DNA of 64,000 nt from IMG/VR virus record IMGVR_UViG_3300028364_000013; one strand, 5' to 3'. The position numbers and the translations under genes are program-made. This document shows positions 1-9,883 of this stretch, one piece after another. The notes under the pieces are model-generated. The model did no database searches. It was not told the DNA's origin and saw only the letters and a program-made list of their open reading frames with translations. Within the stretch, counting starts at the first letter, position 1; each line of letters opens with the position of its first letter. Origin of the DNA: a virus. Taxonomy: Duplodnaviria > Caudoviricetes.

Positions 1-35
1 TATAAAATCAAAAAAAAAAAAAAAAAAAAAACAAA

Positions 36-236
36 ATGAAGGAAGTAACTAACAAAGAGATTCGAGATATTGCCGAAGGAATCGTAACAAAAACAACTGA
101 GTCAATTAATGATTATGACGCTGTTGATAGTGTTTCGACTATTTTAAAGGACATGTTCTCTAAGATGAATATTGCAGTGGAGGCTATAAAAAATAACCCA
201 GACTGTAAATGCACAAATTGTAGCTGCGACAAGTAA
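36..236 (+). CDS. hypothetical protein, Cys-rich C-terminus
   Basis: ORF; ends CKCTNCSC. Confidence 0.7.
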   Translation: MKEVTNKEIRDIAEGIVTKTTESINDYDAVDSVSTILKDMFSKMNIAVEAIKNNPDCKCTNCSCDK

Positions 237-262
237 GCTTATTGTTTAACTAATATTTTTAC

Positions 263-514
263 ATGAAGAATAAGTTAAGAGATTTTATAGAAATGTTTAC
301 ATTTGGAGTAGTGCTTTTTACACTAACTCTAATAGCAATTCAAGTAGTAATGAATCTTGTAAATTATGTTTCAGAAGGAAAACCAATTTCTTTAGAATTT
401 AATTTAAGATTATTTTTTTCACTTGAGATTTTAATCATATCTTTGTCAACACTTATATCATTGATATATGTTTACGCATTTAATAATTACAAAAACATTC
501 CAGATGACAAATGA
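263..514 (+). CDS. hypothetical membrane protein (2 TM)
   Basis: ORF with two hydrophobic segments. Confidence 0.7.
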   Translation: MKNKLRDFIEMFTFGVVLFTLTLIAIQVVMNLVNYVSEGKPISLEFNLRLFFSLEILIISLSTLISLIYVYAFNNYKNIPDDK

Positions 515-992
515 AGAAATAGAAAAAGGAGTTAAAATAAGCTGCAGCGTATCTGACGATGGAGAACAAGGTTTCATATTCAACGAAGCCTCAGAAAAGC
601 TTTTCGCCAGAATAAACTTCTATGAATCTGGATTCAATCTATCTATAGGAGAAAAGAAGGCTATATTAGAAAAAACAGTACATTCTATTTTCGAAACTAT
701 AGAGAATGAAGACGAAAAAAGAAAAAGCAAATCCTGGAGCACAAGATGCGAAGCGTTTAAAGACGCTTATCAGTATGAGCCTAAAGAAAAAGGTCACATT
801 GTATGGCTCATGACATCTATTCTTGACCTCTCAAGAGAGGAGGCAGATAGAAGATGGGCTATTGCAAGCGATTTAATGCAACACCCAGACTTCAAAGACA
901 AGCAAAGCATCGTTATGAACAAAGTTTATTTAAACAATAAACATCTAAAAAATAGCGATTTAGATGATGTCGAATATATTAGAACAAATTAA
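504..992 (+). CDS. hypothetical protein
   Basis: ORF; ATG at 504 overlaps the upstream gene end. Confidence 0.75.
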   Translation: MTNEEIEKGVKISCSVSDDGEQGFIFNEASEKLFARINFYESGFNLSIGEKKAILEKTVHSIFETIENEDEKRKSKSWSTRCEAFKDAYQYEPKEKGHIVWLMTSILDLSREEADRRWAIASDLMQHPDFKDKQSIVMNKVYLNNKHLKNSDLDDVEYIRTN

Positions 993-993
993 A

Positions 994-1022
994 TAGAACA
1001 TTTTATAATAATAATCGTATAA
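994..1022 (+). promoter_or_regulatory. class B ECF-like promoter
   Basis: TAGAAC-N16-CGTATAA; ATG of next gene 5 nt after. Confidence 0.7.
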
Positions 1023-1027
1023 AGAAT

Positions 1028-1366
1028 ATGGAAACAGCAAACACAGGAACTGGCTCAGAAACGCTAAGCCAAGAAGAAAAAATTGAAATATTAAAAGCAA
1101 TGTTCTCAACTCTTGAAGTTGATAATAAAGCTGTCTTTACTCAATGGTGTCACGAGGAAATCGAAAGAGGAACTGGAGCGCTGCTTGGAGAGAAGATGAC
1201 AAAGATGAACGAGCAAATGAATTCATTCGTTGCAAAAGCTTATGATAAAGTCGTTAAGGCTGGAACAGAAGTTTACGATAGAACAAATGAAGCGTTTAAG
1301 TTTGCAAATGAAGAAGAAATTGAAAAGTCTCCAAACTCAAGCAGCAGCAAGGGTATTTGGGACTAA
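1028..1366 (+). CDS. hypothetical protein
   Basis: ORF; apparently leaderless from pB. Confidence 0.8.
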   Translation: METANTGTGSETLSQEEKIEILKAMFSTLEVDNKAVFTQWCHEEIERGTGALLGEKMTKMNEQMNSFVAKAYDKVVKAGTEVYDRTNEAFKFANEEEIEKSPNSSSSKGIWD

Positions 1367-1441
1367 AGATATATAACGTCTGTATCTAAGGATGGTCATC
1401 TATGCGTCTCGCAATTGACATCTTTATTTATTGGTTCAAAG

Positions 1442-1469
1442 AAAAAGCCTCCAGCAATGGGGGCTTTTT
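1442..1469. terminator. bidirectional intrinsic terminator
   Basis: AAAAAGCCTCC-AGCAAT-GGGGGCTTTTT between convergent genes. Confidence 0.8.
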
Positions 1470-1474
1470 CGATT

Positions 1475-2260
1475 TTAAGAATAATAAGAGCCGTAAACTT
1501 CAGAATTTAAACCATAATCAATAATCACAACCCTTTCTATTCCACCCTCTTTAACGACACCGTAGGAGCTAAGTCTTGTTAAATCCCCTGCAGGTATTCC
1601 AAAATTTCCTATGTACTGAAATATTCCATACACAAACTCGTCTTCCCACATCTCTTCTACAACAGCTTTATCAATATCTTGCTTATACGAACTTCTGTCA
1701 CCAATCCCATTCGCATCTTCTCCATAATTGTGAATAGCTACAGCAAAATCTCTAAAATCAAATCCAGTAATTTTTTTAAAATCAGCCACTTTAAGCTTTT
1801 GGGCCAATTCCATTTCGGTCCACAAGCTATTTGGGTCATAGTCATAAATTGTAGCCAAAACATCATCTAAGCCTTCTTTTGCAAAGTCAATCTCAACCTG
1901 GTTTTGAGCAATACCTTTTTTGTTCTTAGCAAGCTTTAAAACTTTCTCATCATCAATTTTATATACAATTCTTGACGAACCAGAAGAAATCCTTTGAAGA
2001 AATGCTTCACAATATCTAATTCTCTCTGCAAACGTTGTAAGAGTCTTAAACTCCTCTATCTTAAACATTTCAGGATAACCCTCTTCCAAAGAATCTTCTT
2101 TCACCATGGTTCCAAATTTGTGCTGCCCAGTCGTAGGATAGCTCCTCATCTGTGGGTTGAACTGTGGGTCAAAAAAGTCTGGAAAGTCTTTGTAGTCACT
2201 ATAGACAACAGCTTCAAAAACCTTTTTAAGTTCTTCTTGTATTATTTTTTTTATATTCAT
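1475..2260 (-). CDS. protein kinase-like fold protein
   Basis: SSGSSRIVY Gly-loop, VLK lysine, GDL..S.YG catalytic-like loop, IIDYG (DFG-like). Confidence 0.7.
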   Translation of the reverse strand: MNIKKIIQEELKKVFEAVVYSDYKDFPDFFDPQFNPQMRSYPTTGQHKFGTMVKEDSLEEGYPEMFKIEEFKTLTTFAERIRYCEAFLQRISSGSSRIVYKIDDEKVLKLAKNKKGIAQNQVEIDFAKEGLDDVLATIYDYDPNSLWTEMELAQKLKVADFKKITGFDFRDFAVAIHNYGEDANGIGDRSSYKQDIDKAVVEEMWEDEFVYGIFQYIGNFGIPAGDLTRLSSYGVVKEGGIERVVIIDYGLNSEVYGSYYS

Positions 2261-2342
2261 TGTTCGTTAAACCAGTTATAGTCATCGTAGTCTTCTTCAG
2301 GCTCCATCTATTTTTGTGTTGTCTTAATAAATAGTTTTTATT

Positions 2343-2374
2343 TTTGGAAATTTTTTCATTTATTCGTACCTTCG
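2343..2374 (+). promoter_or_regulatory. Bacteroidota housekeeping-sigma promoter
   Basis: TTTG-N20-TACCTTCG. Confidence 0.6.
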
Positions 2375-2379
2375 CTGCA

Positions 2380-2571
2380 ATGAAAACAAGAGCAAGAAAA
2401 ATGAAGTGGGATAAAGCGGGGGAGCAATTGCATAAAATTTTAACAGAAAGACTTAAGGACCCTAAGTTTGCTAATACAGCTTTTGTAAAAAGAGGTTTGT
2501 GGATGACAAGGCAAAGTCTTATCTTTTCTATTGAGGAGAAAAATAAATACATCTTAAAAAAATATTGCTAA
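2380..2571 (+). CDS. hypothetical protein, C-terminal KYC tag family
   Basis: ORF ends YILKKYC. Confidence 0.7.
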   Translation: MKTRARKMKWDKAGEQLHKILTERLKDPKFANTAFVKRGLWMTRQSLIFSIEEKNKYILKKYC

Positions 2572-2765
2572 TGTTAGAAGAAGACAAAATAAGAAGACTT
2601 CCAGAACATCTCAGAAACAAGAAATTTGTTCACTTGTCATCTAAAGACTTGCGCATAATAGTAAACAACGGGCTTTCAGATTATCAAGTAAATTATTTGA
2701 TTAAAGGGTATGAAAGAAATTACCACGAAATGTTTAGAGAAATTTTTATAAAACATTGCATATGA
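2571..2765 (+). CDS. hypothetical protein, C-terminal KHC tag family
   Basis: TAATG coupling; ends IFIKHCI. Confidence 0.7.
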   Translation: MLEEDKIRRLPEHLRNKKFVHLSSKDLRIIVNNGLSDYQVNYLIKGYERNYHEMFREIFIKHCI

Positions 2766-2992
2766 AAAAGAAGCACAGAAATATAACGATAGATGGGGGC
2801 GACTTATGGGCGTGGTCAGTAATAAGAGGCTATCAAGGAGTTTCAACTATTAAAATATGGAAGGATAAAAAACTTAAGTATGAAAAAAGATATATTTCAG
2901 AACCTGAGTGGGTTAATCCTCCGACTGGAATGCCAACTGTAACTCCAGGGTTAATTTCCAGGTTCATTAAAATACATTTGGTAAATAAATAA
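2762..2992 (+). CDS. hypothetical protein
   Basis: ORF overlapping the upstream stop. Confidence 0.7.
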   Translation: MKKKHRNITIDGGDLWAWSVIRGYQGVSTIKIWKDKKLKYEKRYISEPEWVNPPTGMPTVTPGLISRFIKIHLVNK

Positions 2993-3012
2993 ATTTTAAC
3001 TAAATTTGAGCA

Positions 3013-3238
3013 GTGAAAAAAGCAACACAATTAATGCAAATATTGTCATACGAGCACACCAAGCCCTTGTCGGAGAAGTATGCAAAAAGTTGTGCTCCAG
3101 GTTGCCACAATGGAAGAAAGAATCAAAATAATGATGAGCTTCGGAATGGTTGACAAAGCAGATGAGGCCAATAAATTGTTAATGGAGCTTTTGGTAGCAA
3201 TTAGAGAAGAGTTTATTAACGAACAAAATGGCGAGTAA
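3013..3238 (+). CDS. hypothetical protein, apparent frameshift at A5 run 3084-3088
   Basis: adding one A joins GTG start to a helical C-terminal ORF. Confidence 0.5.
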
Positions 3239-3240
3239 AT

Positions 3241-3537
3241 ATGAGCGAAGATAAAGACGTTGTATACGGAATACATCAAGGCTGCATCTACGAAGGTGGA
3301 GGAGTCAACAAAAACCTCTTCAAAGATAAAGAAGCTGCAGTTGCTGAAGCGACAAGGATTTTTGAAATGGAGATAGCTCGCCAAGAAGAATATAGAAAAC
3401 TTGAAGTAGAAGATGAAGACCATGAAGTTATGTTAAGGCACTATGAAGAGTTTAAGTGGAGAAAATGTGACAAGAGAGAAAATAGATGGCACAACACTGT
3501 TGATGAAATACAAGTTGTAGATTTTACAATTCAATAA
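3241..3537 (+). CDS. hypothetical acidic protein
   Basis: ORF. Confidence 0.75.
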   Translation: MSEDKDVVYGIHQGCIYEGGGVNKNLFKDKEAAVAEATRIFEMEIARQEEYRKLEVEDEDHEVMLRHYEEFKWRKCDKRENRWHNTVDEIQVVDFTIQ

Positions 3538-3538
3538 T

Positions 3539-3868
3539 ATGAACTGGGAAGAACACTTAGAGTAGCTCAACTCCTCAAGCATTGAAGAACTTGATGTTGA
3601 GATTGAAAAAATCATAGAGGAACAAAACGAAGCCGCCAAGACAGCTATGAATCAAATTCACTTCACTCTTAGGCTTGCGAAGACAAAGGAGGAAATACTA
3701 AAGACGGTTGAAGAAATTGAATTAGATTACCACAATACGTCCATGCATTCAATAACTCCTTGGAGACTTAAGAATAGAAAAGAAAAATATAACGAAGACC
3801 CAGAGGTATATGAAAAAGAGTGGAACGAACTCCAGGAATTTGCTGAAAAACTAAGAAAAGAAGCTTGA
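3539..3868 (+). CDS. hypothetical protein with in-frame TAG at 3563-3565
   Basis: ATG 3539 in frame with ORF 3647-3868; one internal TAG. Confidence 0.6.
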
Positions 3869-4071
3869 TATGGTTTATAAAATTGCCTCAATATTTTTTT
3901 TATGTAATCGGAATCGTTGTAATGTTTATTCCAATGATGACTGGAAGGCCAGACTTAAAATACACACTTGTACCTGCAGGTTTTGTTGTGTCAATTATAG
4001 GTCGATTATTAATGGGGTGGGAAAAAGAAAAAGTTAGCAACAAAGATATACTTGATGATGGAGAATTTTGA
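3865..4071 (+). CDS. hypothetical membrane protein
   Basis: two hydrophobic segments. Confidence 0.7.
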   Translation: MIWFIKLPQYFFYVIGIVVMFIPMMTGRPDLKYTLVPAGFVVSIIGRLLMGWEKEKVSNKDILDDGEF

Positions 4072-4114
4072 CTTATAAAAATTTAAGAAATACGTTAACA
4101 CTTATGATGGCCAG

Positions 4115-4366
4115 ATGGGTCACAAGAAATATAGCGTGAAAACAATCATAGACGATTTCCTTTATGGAATAGGTATCTGCTTGGACGAAGAAGGGTTTGA
4201 GAATGCTGACGGATATAGAAAATTTAAAGAAAAACTAATGGAGCACCTGGACGCAGTTCCAGCTTCAGAAGTTCCAAAGAAATGTTATTGCGGACAACCC
4301 GTTGATACAACTAACCAAGATTGCGTTGACTATAACTTATGTTCAGACCACGTAATGGACTCATAA
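4115..4366 (+). CDS. hypothetical protein, C-terminal Cys/His cluster
   Basis: CYCG...C...LCSDH. Confidence 0.7.
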   Translation: MGHKKYSVKTIIDDFLYGIGICLDEEGFENADGYRKFKEKLMEHLDAVPASEVPKKCYCGQPVDTTNQDCVDYNLCSDHVMDS

Positions 4367-4380
4367 AAAAATAAATAATT

Positions 4381-4848
4381 ATGTATATTGATAAAATAGA
4401 AGACATCCCAAGTGATGTAATGGTAGTTCTTAAGAAAGTGTTTGCAGAATACTTTCAAGAGGAAGAAGGTGAGGGCGAAGAAATGACTATCGAGGAGGTA
4501 GTAGAATGCCTAAGAGAAAGTTATGATGACTATGACGAGACTACAGGCTCGTGCTATATCACATGCACATACCACACTACAATAGATGGTTTTAGATTTG
4601 AAGTTGATGGGAGTTCTTACAGAAAAGACCAATCTGTCTGTGATGAAGAAATGGGTGATGGATTTTCAGTAGTCTCTCTTGATGAAGAAAAGAAGAAGAA
4701 AGAGAAGGCTAAAAACGCTAAGAGAGCAAAGTCTGATGAGAACTGGAGAGAGTTCTTTGTTAAAATTGATGGCTATATAACTCCAGAGAAAGCTTTTGAG
4801 CTTTTAAAAGATTATAAGTTTCCAACCAAGTGGAAACAAACAGCTTAG
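4381..4848 (+). CDS. hypothetical protein
   Basis: ORF. Confidence 0.8.
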   Translation: MYIDKIEDIPSDVMVVLKKVFAEYFQEEEGEGEEMTIEEVVECLRESYDDYDETTGSCYITCTYHTTIDGFRFEVDGSSYRKDQSVCDEEMGDGFSVVSLDEEKKKKEKAKNAKRAKSDENWREFFVKIDGYITPEKAFELLKDYKFPTKWKQTA

Positions 4849-4858
4849 TCGAGATAAA

Positions 4859-4887
4859 TAGAACACTTTCTTTTATTTATCGTATAA
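4859..4887 (+). promoter_or_regulatory. class B ECF-like promoter
   Basis: TAGAAC-N16-CGTATAA. Confidence 0.7.
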
Positions 4888-4894
4888 CCTAAGT

Positions 4895-5197
4895 ATGGAA
4901 GCTACTAAAGAATCAGTAATCGAATTTTTGAGAAAAGAATATGAAGAAAGTGTCCTTCAGCATTTAGTTGAAGAGGCAATCTATAATTATCTTGATGAAG
5001 ATTGGGAAGACGAGTATGAAGACGAGCAAGATGCTTATCGAGAAACTGGTCGTGGAGAAGCTGAGTCTGAAGTAAGCACTGACATTCAAAACGAAATCCT
5101 TAAGCAACTTGGGTTTACTCACGAACAATACTGTGAAGTTATTGGCCAAGACGTTTGGGATACAGTCACAGAAGTTTACGAATTTTTAGAACACTAA
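4895..5197 (+). CDS. hypothetical acidic protein
   Basis: ORF after pB. Confidence 0.8.
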   Translation: MEATKESVIEFLRKEYEESVLQHLVEEAIYNYLDEDWEDEYEDEQDAYRETGRGEAESEVSTDIQNEILKQLGFTHEQYCEVIGQDVWDTVTEVYEFLEH

Positions 5198-5199
5198 AC

Positions 5200-5649
5200 A
5201 TGAAAGATAACGTTAAAGACGCAATCGAAGAATACCAGTGCCCAGGATGCATGGCTGGAAGCGACATTACATGCTTCAAGAAAGATGACGAAGGATTAAG
5301 TTCAGCTTGTGGAAATCACAGAGCTGGAACTGCAGCAGTTGGCATAGGTAAGTTTTTTCTTGGAATGCCGAAAGGATTCAATAGACTTGGAGCAGGATTT
5401 GGCGGAGACAAAAATCTTAGAATTGATATGTTCGAAACTTATGATGATAGCTGGGCAAAAAATGATGATGCAGGTTATAAGAAGTGGAACATCCCAGTGT
5501 GGAAGTACAAAAACAAGAATGGACACACCATGTTAAGAGGTTTGTCTCCAAGAAACAACAGCTCTTTCTTGCATGTAATTCTTGAGGATTGCATGGATAA
5601 ATTTGATTGTCTTGAGATTACTCAAGATGATGTAGATGGAATGGATTAA
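5200..5649 (+). CDS. hypothetical Cys-containing protein
   Basis: ORF from ATG 5200. Confidence 0.8.
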   Translation: MKDNVKDAIEEYQCPGCMAGSDITCFKKDDEGLSSACGNHRAGTAAVGIGKFFLGMPKGFNRLGAGFGGDKNLRIDMFETYDDSWAKNDDAGYKKWNIPVWKYKNKNGHTMLRGLSPRNNSSFLHVILEDCMDKFDCLEITQDDVDGMD

Positions 5650-5651
5650 TT

Positions 5652-5981
5652 ATGAAGCACTTTAGCGGAAAAGAACTTGAACCAAGTAAGTTTTACCAAA
5701 TGGGCGACTTCATTGTAGAATTCATTAAGGACACTGGTGAATTGATAGAATCCTATCCAGGAAAGTTTTCTGGCGTTTATCTATGCAAGTTAACTAACTT
5801 CACAAATAGTTCTAAACACAACTTAGGAGAATTAGAACGTGAAATGAAACTGGTGAAAAATCAAAACTACCCGTGTTTTCAAGAAATAAGCAAAGAAGAT
5901 ATTCAAAAATATATTGACTCTAAAGAAAGAGGCATTAAGTTAGAGCAGGAAAGAATTTGTTTTTTAAAGAAATTTCTATAA
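5652..5981 (+). CDS. hypothetical protein
   Basis: ORF. Confidence 0.75.
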   Translation: MKHFSGKELEPSKFYQMGDFIVEFIKDTGELIESYPGKFSGVYLCKLTNFTNSSKHNLGELEREMKLVKNQNYPCFQEISKEDIQKYIDSKERGIKLEQERICFLKKFL

Positions 5982-6132
5982 AAAAATAATACAATTTTTT
6001 CATCGCACAGTCATTGCCGACAGGCGGATTCCGACAAAATTTTTTCACCATTAATTAAATTTAAAAATATTCTAATTAAATTTCTTCTTATTTATTGTAT
6101 ATTTATTATTAAGACTTATAATAAGCAAATAG

Positions 6133-6342
6133 ATGAGCAAGGAAGATGCGTGTTTTATCCACAACGGAGAAATATACTACATAGTTGGAGCAGCCGAACG
6201 AGATATTGAGAGGTACCTCGAAAATATTGTTGACTTTTATGAGACTGACGAATATCAATCGCTCAATCTAATAAGAATAAAGGCTCAAAAATACCTTATA
6301 GATAGACAAATTCAGCTAATAATGAGCAAATATTGCATTTAA
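6133..6342 (+). CDS. hypothetical protein, C-terminal KYC tag family
   Basis: ends QLIMSKYCI. Confidence 0.7.
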   Translation: MSKEDACFIHNGEIYYIVGAAERDIERYLENIVDFYETDEYQSLNLIRIKAQKYLIDRQIQLIMSKYCI

Positions 6343-6344
6343 AA

Positions 6345-6376
6345 TTTGCAAGGGTTAAAAAGTTTCTATAGATTTG
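6345..6376 (+). promoter_or_regulatory. Bacteroidota housekeeping-sigma promoter
   Basis: TTTG-N20-TAGATTTG. Confidence 0.75.
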
Positions 6377-6406
6377 TAGTCTAATTTAATTACAAAACAA
6401 AAATTT

Positions 6407-7162
6407 ATGGAAACGAAAAATGATACTGCACAAGATGCAGCATTCGCAAAGATGTCCGACATTAAAATCTGGATTTCTACACAGTATGAAAAGTTCGTAC
6501 TAAGCGAATTCAACAGAGACCCGTCTCACTACAAAAAAGTTAAAGAGTCAATCGAAGCAAACGATTATACTCAATATCAACCAATCCTTGTTAACAAGCA
6601 AATGGAGATTGTCGATGGACAAAACAGATACCTTGCATGTAAAGAGCTTGGCCTTCCAATTCATTTCATCGTATCAGAAGATATTCATATCTATGCTGCT
6701 GCAGACATCAACAGAGCTGCTAAGAACTGGAACGCTATGGATTATGCTCGTCACTATGCTAAGAGAGGGAAAGACTCTTACATCATGCTTTTAGACCTTT
6801 GTGCTAAATACGACCAGAGAATTTCTGTAGTTGGTGCATTCGGTAAAATCTCAAAGAACGCACGTTCTCACTCACACAACATTAAACAAGGTTCTTTCGA
6901 ATTTAGAGAAGACATCGACATTGACGATTTCTTTACTCACATGGCTATCTTCGAAAATTACTATGATTTCGCTAAGAAAGAAAAGTTTGTTAAGGCAATG
7001 CTTAAACTTTATATGCACCCTAACTATGTTCATGAGAAAATGACTACCAAGCTTAAACTTAACTCAGGTATCGTTCGTGAACAATCTAAAGTTGGAGACA
7101 TGGTCAATGAGCTTGTTAAGCTATACAACTTCCACACAAGAACTGGTAAAATACACTTCTAA
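6407..7162 (+). CDS. ParB/sulfiredoxin-like N-terminal domain protein
   Basis: PILVNKQMEIVDGQNRYLACKELGLP motif. Confidence 0.75.
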   Translation: METKNDTAQDAAFAKMSDIKIWISTQYEKFVLSEFNRDPSHYKKVKESIEANDYTQYQPILVNKQMEIVDGQNRYLACKELGLPIHFIVSEDIHIYAAADINRAAKNWNAMDYARHYAKRGKDSYIMLLDLCAKYDQRISVVGAFGKISKNARSHSHNIKQGSFEFREDIDIDDFFTHMAIFENYYDFAKKEKFVKAMLKLYMHPNYVHEKMTTKLKLNSGIVREQSKVGDMVNELVKLYNFHTRTGKIHF

Positions 7163-7415
7163 GTGGGAAGACTTGTCTTAAATATAAGATTCGTCCAACA
7201 TGGAGAAAAACATGATTACACCATCCAGAGGAAAACTTTCTTTGGATGGCGTAGTTATAGATACGAAGTTGGCGGTTGTGGCGGAGGCTCTGTCTTATAT
7301 GAATACACTGATACAGATAAATCTGCCCTCCTCGACAAAAATAATCGAATCCATATACTTGACAAAGAAAGAATTTGTCAAAGTAATTGAGCATCCAATG
7401 ATTAAAAAATACTAA
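7163..7415 (+). CDS. hypothetical protein, apparent frameshift at A5 run 7337-7341
   Basis: ORFs 7163-7390 and 7200-7415 join at GACAAAAATA. Confidence 0.55.
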
Positions 7416-7416
7416 G

Positions 7417-7746
7417 ATGAACGAAGAAGAATTTTTGGAGAAAACCAGAGAACATCGTGAATATAAAAGGCTCCTGGAATACCAAGATGCTGAACAGGTT
7501 GACGCTGCCATTCTTAGAATTAAAAACGGCTACGGCATCACTGAAAGCAATTACGAACTTAGATTCTATGTTGAGTCAGAAAGTATTACAGAGGTAAACA
7601 TTCACTTCAGAGATTTCATGGCTGACATCTCTGCTTTGTTCGAAAAATACAAGGGAAAAGGAATCACAGAAGGAGACCTTGACAGAAAAGGAAGCACTCG
7701 CCCTGCAGCGCTTGACATTGTTACAGATACTTTAAATAAAATATAA
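7417..7746 (+). CDS. hypothetical protein
   Basis: ORF. Confidence 0.75.
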   Translation: MNEEEFLEKTREHREYKRLLEYQDAEQVDAAILRIKNGYGITESNYELRFYVESESITEVNIHFRDFMADISALFEKYKGKGITEGDLDRKGSTRPAALDIVTDTLNKI

Positions 7747-8273
7747 TGACAACACTAAGATTAGATGATAAAATATTTACAGCTGAATACATTGAGACGA
7801 TTTCAGAATTGGAGGAGTATATTCCAGAATTGGAGACAAAATCTTTTTTAGATATAACAAAAGACATCATCAATCCAAAAAAGAAAACCGTTCACGTACA
7901 ATTCACAATTCAACTTGTGTCTGGTGAAAAATTGACTAAAAGATTCGGAGCAGGAGGTTTATCTGAAGAAGTGAAGAGCGTTGCTAATGAAAAGTATCAA
8001 GAAATATCTAAAGATTGCGGTATTGCTGAACTCATCAGAATCAAAGAGGAGAAAGGCGAAATGATAGTAGCCCAAGAATACGATAGAGCCGCTAAACTTC
8101 GTGATGATGAAAAGAAAGCTTGGGATAATGTAGAGGGGAAAAACTTCTACGAGAGAATCAAAAAAGAAGTCCTTACAGACATCGTTATGAAAAATCTAAG
8201 AGATATTGCCGAAGAGAAGAGAACGTGGCTCCAGGAGATTGTAAACAGCACCAAAGCGCCAATTAATATATGA
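7746..8273 (+). CDS. UVR (UvrB/C motif) domain protein
   Basis: KEEKGEMIVAQEYDRAAKLRD matches the UVR pattern. Confidence 0.6.
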   Translation: MTTLRLDDKIFTAEYIETISELEEYIPELETKSFLDITKDIINPKKKTVHVQFTIQLVSGEKLTKRFGAGGLSEEVKSVANEKYQEISKDCGIAELIRIKEEKGEMIVAQEYDRAAKLRDDEKKAWDNVEGKNFYERIKKEVLTDIVMKNLRDIAEEKRTWLQEIVNSTKAPINI

Positions 8274-8506
8274 AAGAACCACACAATAGCTTTTTAGATT
8301 ACTTTCTAAAGATACTCCCAGGAATCCTTGGGATGATACTTCTGGTAATCGTAATTAACGCAATACACGTAACCAAGCTATCAACAAGACTCGACAGTCC
8401 AATGGAGCCAACACTTGAGATTTCCGCAGAAGGAGATACAACTTATATTTACGAAATGCATAACAACGATACAACAGATGTTACATTTCACATAGACTTT
8501 AAATAA
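8270..8506 (+). CDS. hypothetical membrane protein
   Basis: single TM. Confidence 0.7.
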   Translation: MKEPHNSFLDYFLKILPGILGMILLVIVINAIHVTKLSTRLDSPMEPTLEISAEGDTTYIYEMHNNDTTDVTFHIDFK

Positions 8507-8948
8507 TGGGATATTTTTTATAGCAGTGATTGCATTTGCAATTGGATACATAATCGGAATTAAGTCTAAGGCTATTGCCAAGATTAAAGCCAGAGAAAAA
8601 ATTAAGGAAGAACCCAAGTTTAACATTAATGAATTTATTCGTGATGAAGGAGGTGCAATCAAAAAGGTAATCAAAGGTAGAGTTGCTCCACCACCTCCGC
8701 CACCATCAAGGATAATTAAAGAAGGCACAATGCCAACTCCACCAAAGAAGAAAGTTGAGCATGTTAAACCTGGCATCACATACTATAGAGGAACATTTAC
8801 AAAAGTCAACAGATGCGGTAACTGCGAAGCGATAGGAATGCAAAGTGATATGTGGGCTCACAATCCTTGCCCTAAGTGTGGTGGTAATGTTAAATATTAT
8901 GGCGCTGGCAAATGGGAAAATAGCAGCTGGGTAATGTCAAAGGTCTAA
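8506..8948 (+). CDS. membrane-anchored Pro-rich protein with C-terminal zinc ribbon; apparent frameshift at T6 run 8514-8519
   Basis: N-terminal TM, PPPPPP, CGNC...CPKC. Confidence 0.65.
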
Positions 8949-9008
8949 AATAAAAAAAGTCACTCTAAATTTAGAATGACCGTTTTTACGTAAAAATTTT
9001 TTGACCTC

Positions 9009-9569
9009 TTAATCGTTTTTAAGCTTCAGCTTCTTAACGTCATCACCGTCATAGTAAACAGTGTCTATTTTATAAACTTTCCTGTCAATCACAGTGTCTT
9101 TGTGGACTATGTTGTATACAATAGAGTCTTTCTCAACAATATTCCACTGTACAGAATCTTTGTAAATATAGTTGTAAATAATTGAGTCAAGAACTATTTC
9201 GCTAATCGTCATGCCAGCGTCAATTATAATAACACCCTTGGCATCTTGAGCATCCTTCAATAGCTTCTGCGCATCTTTCACTTTCTTTTTAAGTTTCTCA
9301 ACCTCTTCTACTGTAAGGTTATCGTTTAGGACGATGTTGTTCAAGCTGTCAATCTCACTGCTGTACATATTTCTCCTGGTATCAAGGTCATGAAGCATCT
9401 CTGTTAGCAAGCTGTCGCTCTCGTGCTGCAACTCTCCTAACTTTTTTATATCCTCCTTATCCTTCTGGTAAATCTTTGTGAAATCTTCTGACTTGCACAT
9501 TTTAACCATGAACATCAGCGCCAATCCTGATACCGCTATTAATATAGCTTTCTTATATTCTTTTTTCAT
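9009..9569 (-). CDS. TM plus coiled-coil protein, possible spanin-like
   Basis: N-terminal TM, coiled coil, DS/DT-rich tail; function inferred. Confidence 0.55.
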   Translation of the reverse strand: MKKEYKKAILIAVSGLALMFMVKMCKSEDFTKIYQKDKEDIKKLGELQHESDSLLTEMLHDLDTRRNMYSSEIDSLNNIVLNDNLTVEEVEKLKKKVKDAQKLLKDAQDAKGVIIIDAGMTISEIVLDSIIYNYIYKDSVQWNIVEKDSIVYNIVHKDTVIDRKVYKIDTVYYDGDDVKKLKLKND

Positions 9570-9574
9570 ATTTT

Positions 9575-9796
9575 TTAGTGATTGTGAAGCTCTTTGAGTG
9601 ACTCAATGAACTTCTCGTTTAATTCTTTGTAATCCTCTTTGAGGGTTTTAATGTCCTCTTGCAATGTCTCCACTTGTGACGTTAAGGTACTCTTATTATC
9701 GTAATAAAGGTAACCCACCGCCATTAGGGACATGAAGAGTAATGCCACTATCGGATTCTTTACGAATTCCTTAAATGATACTCCTGGTAATGCCAT
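9575..9796 (-). CDS. small membrane protein, possible holin-like
   Basis: MALPGVSFKEFVKNPIVALLF TM plus coiled coil. Confidence 0.55.
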   Translation of the reverse strand: MALPGVSFKEFVKNPIVALLFMSLMAVGYLYYDNKSTLTSQVETLQEDIKTLKEDYKELNEKFIESLKELHNH

Positions 9797-9883
9797 AATT
9801 GTTTTGTTTTTGTGTTGTTTTGTTATATTTAATAAATATACATTCTTTTTGAAAATTGACCATTTTTTCATAACTTTGAGCAC

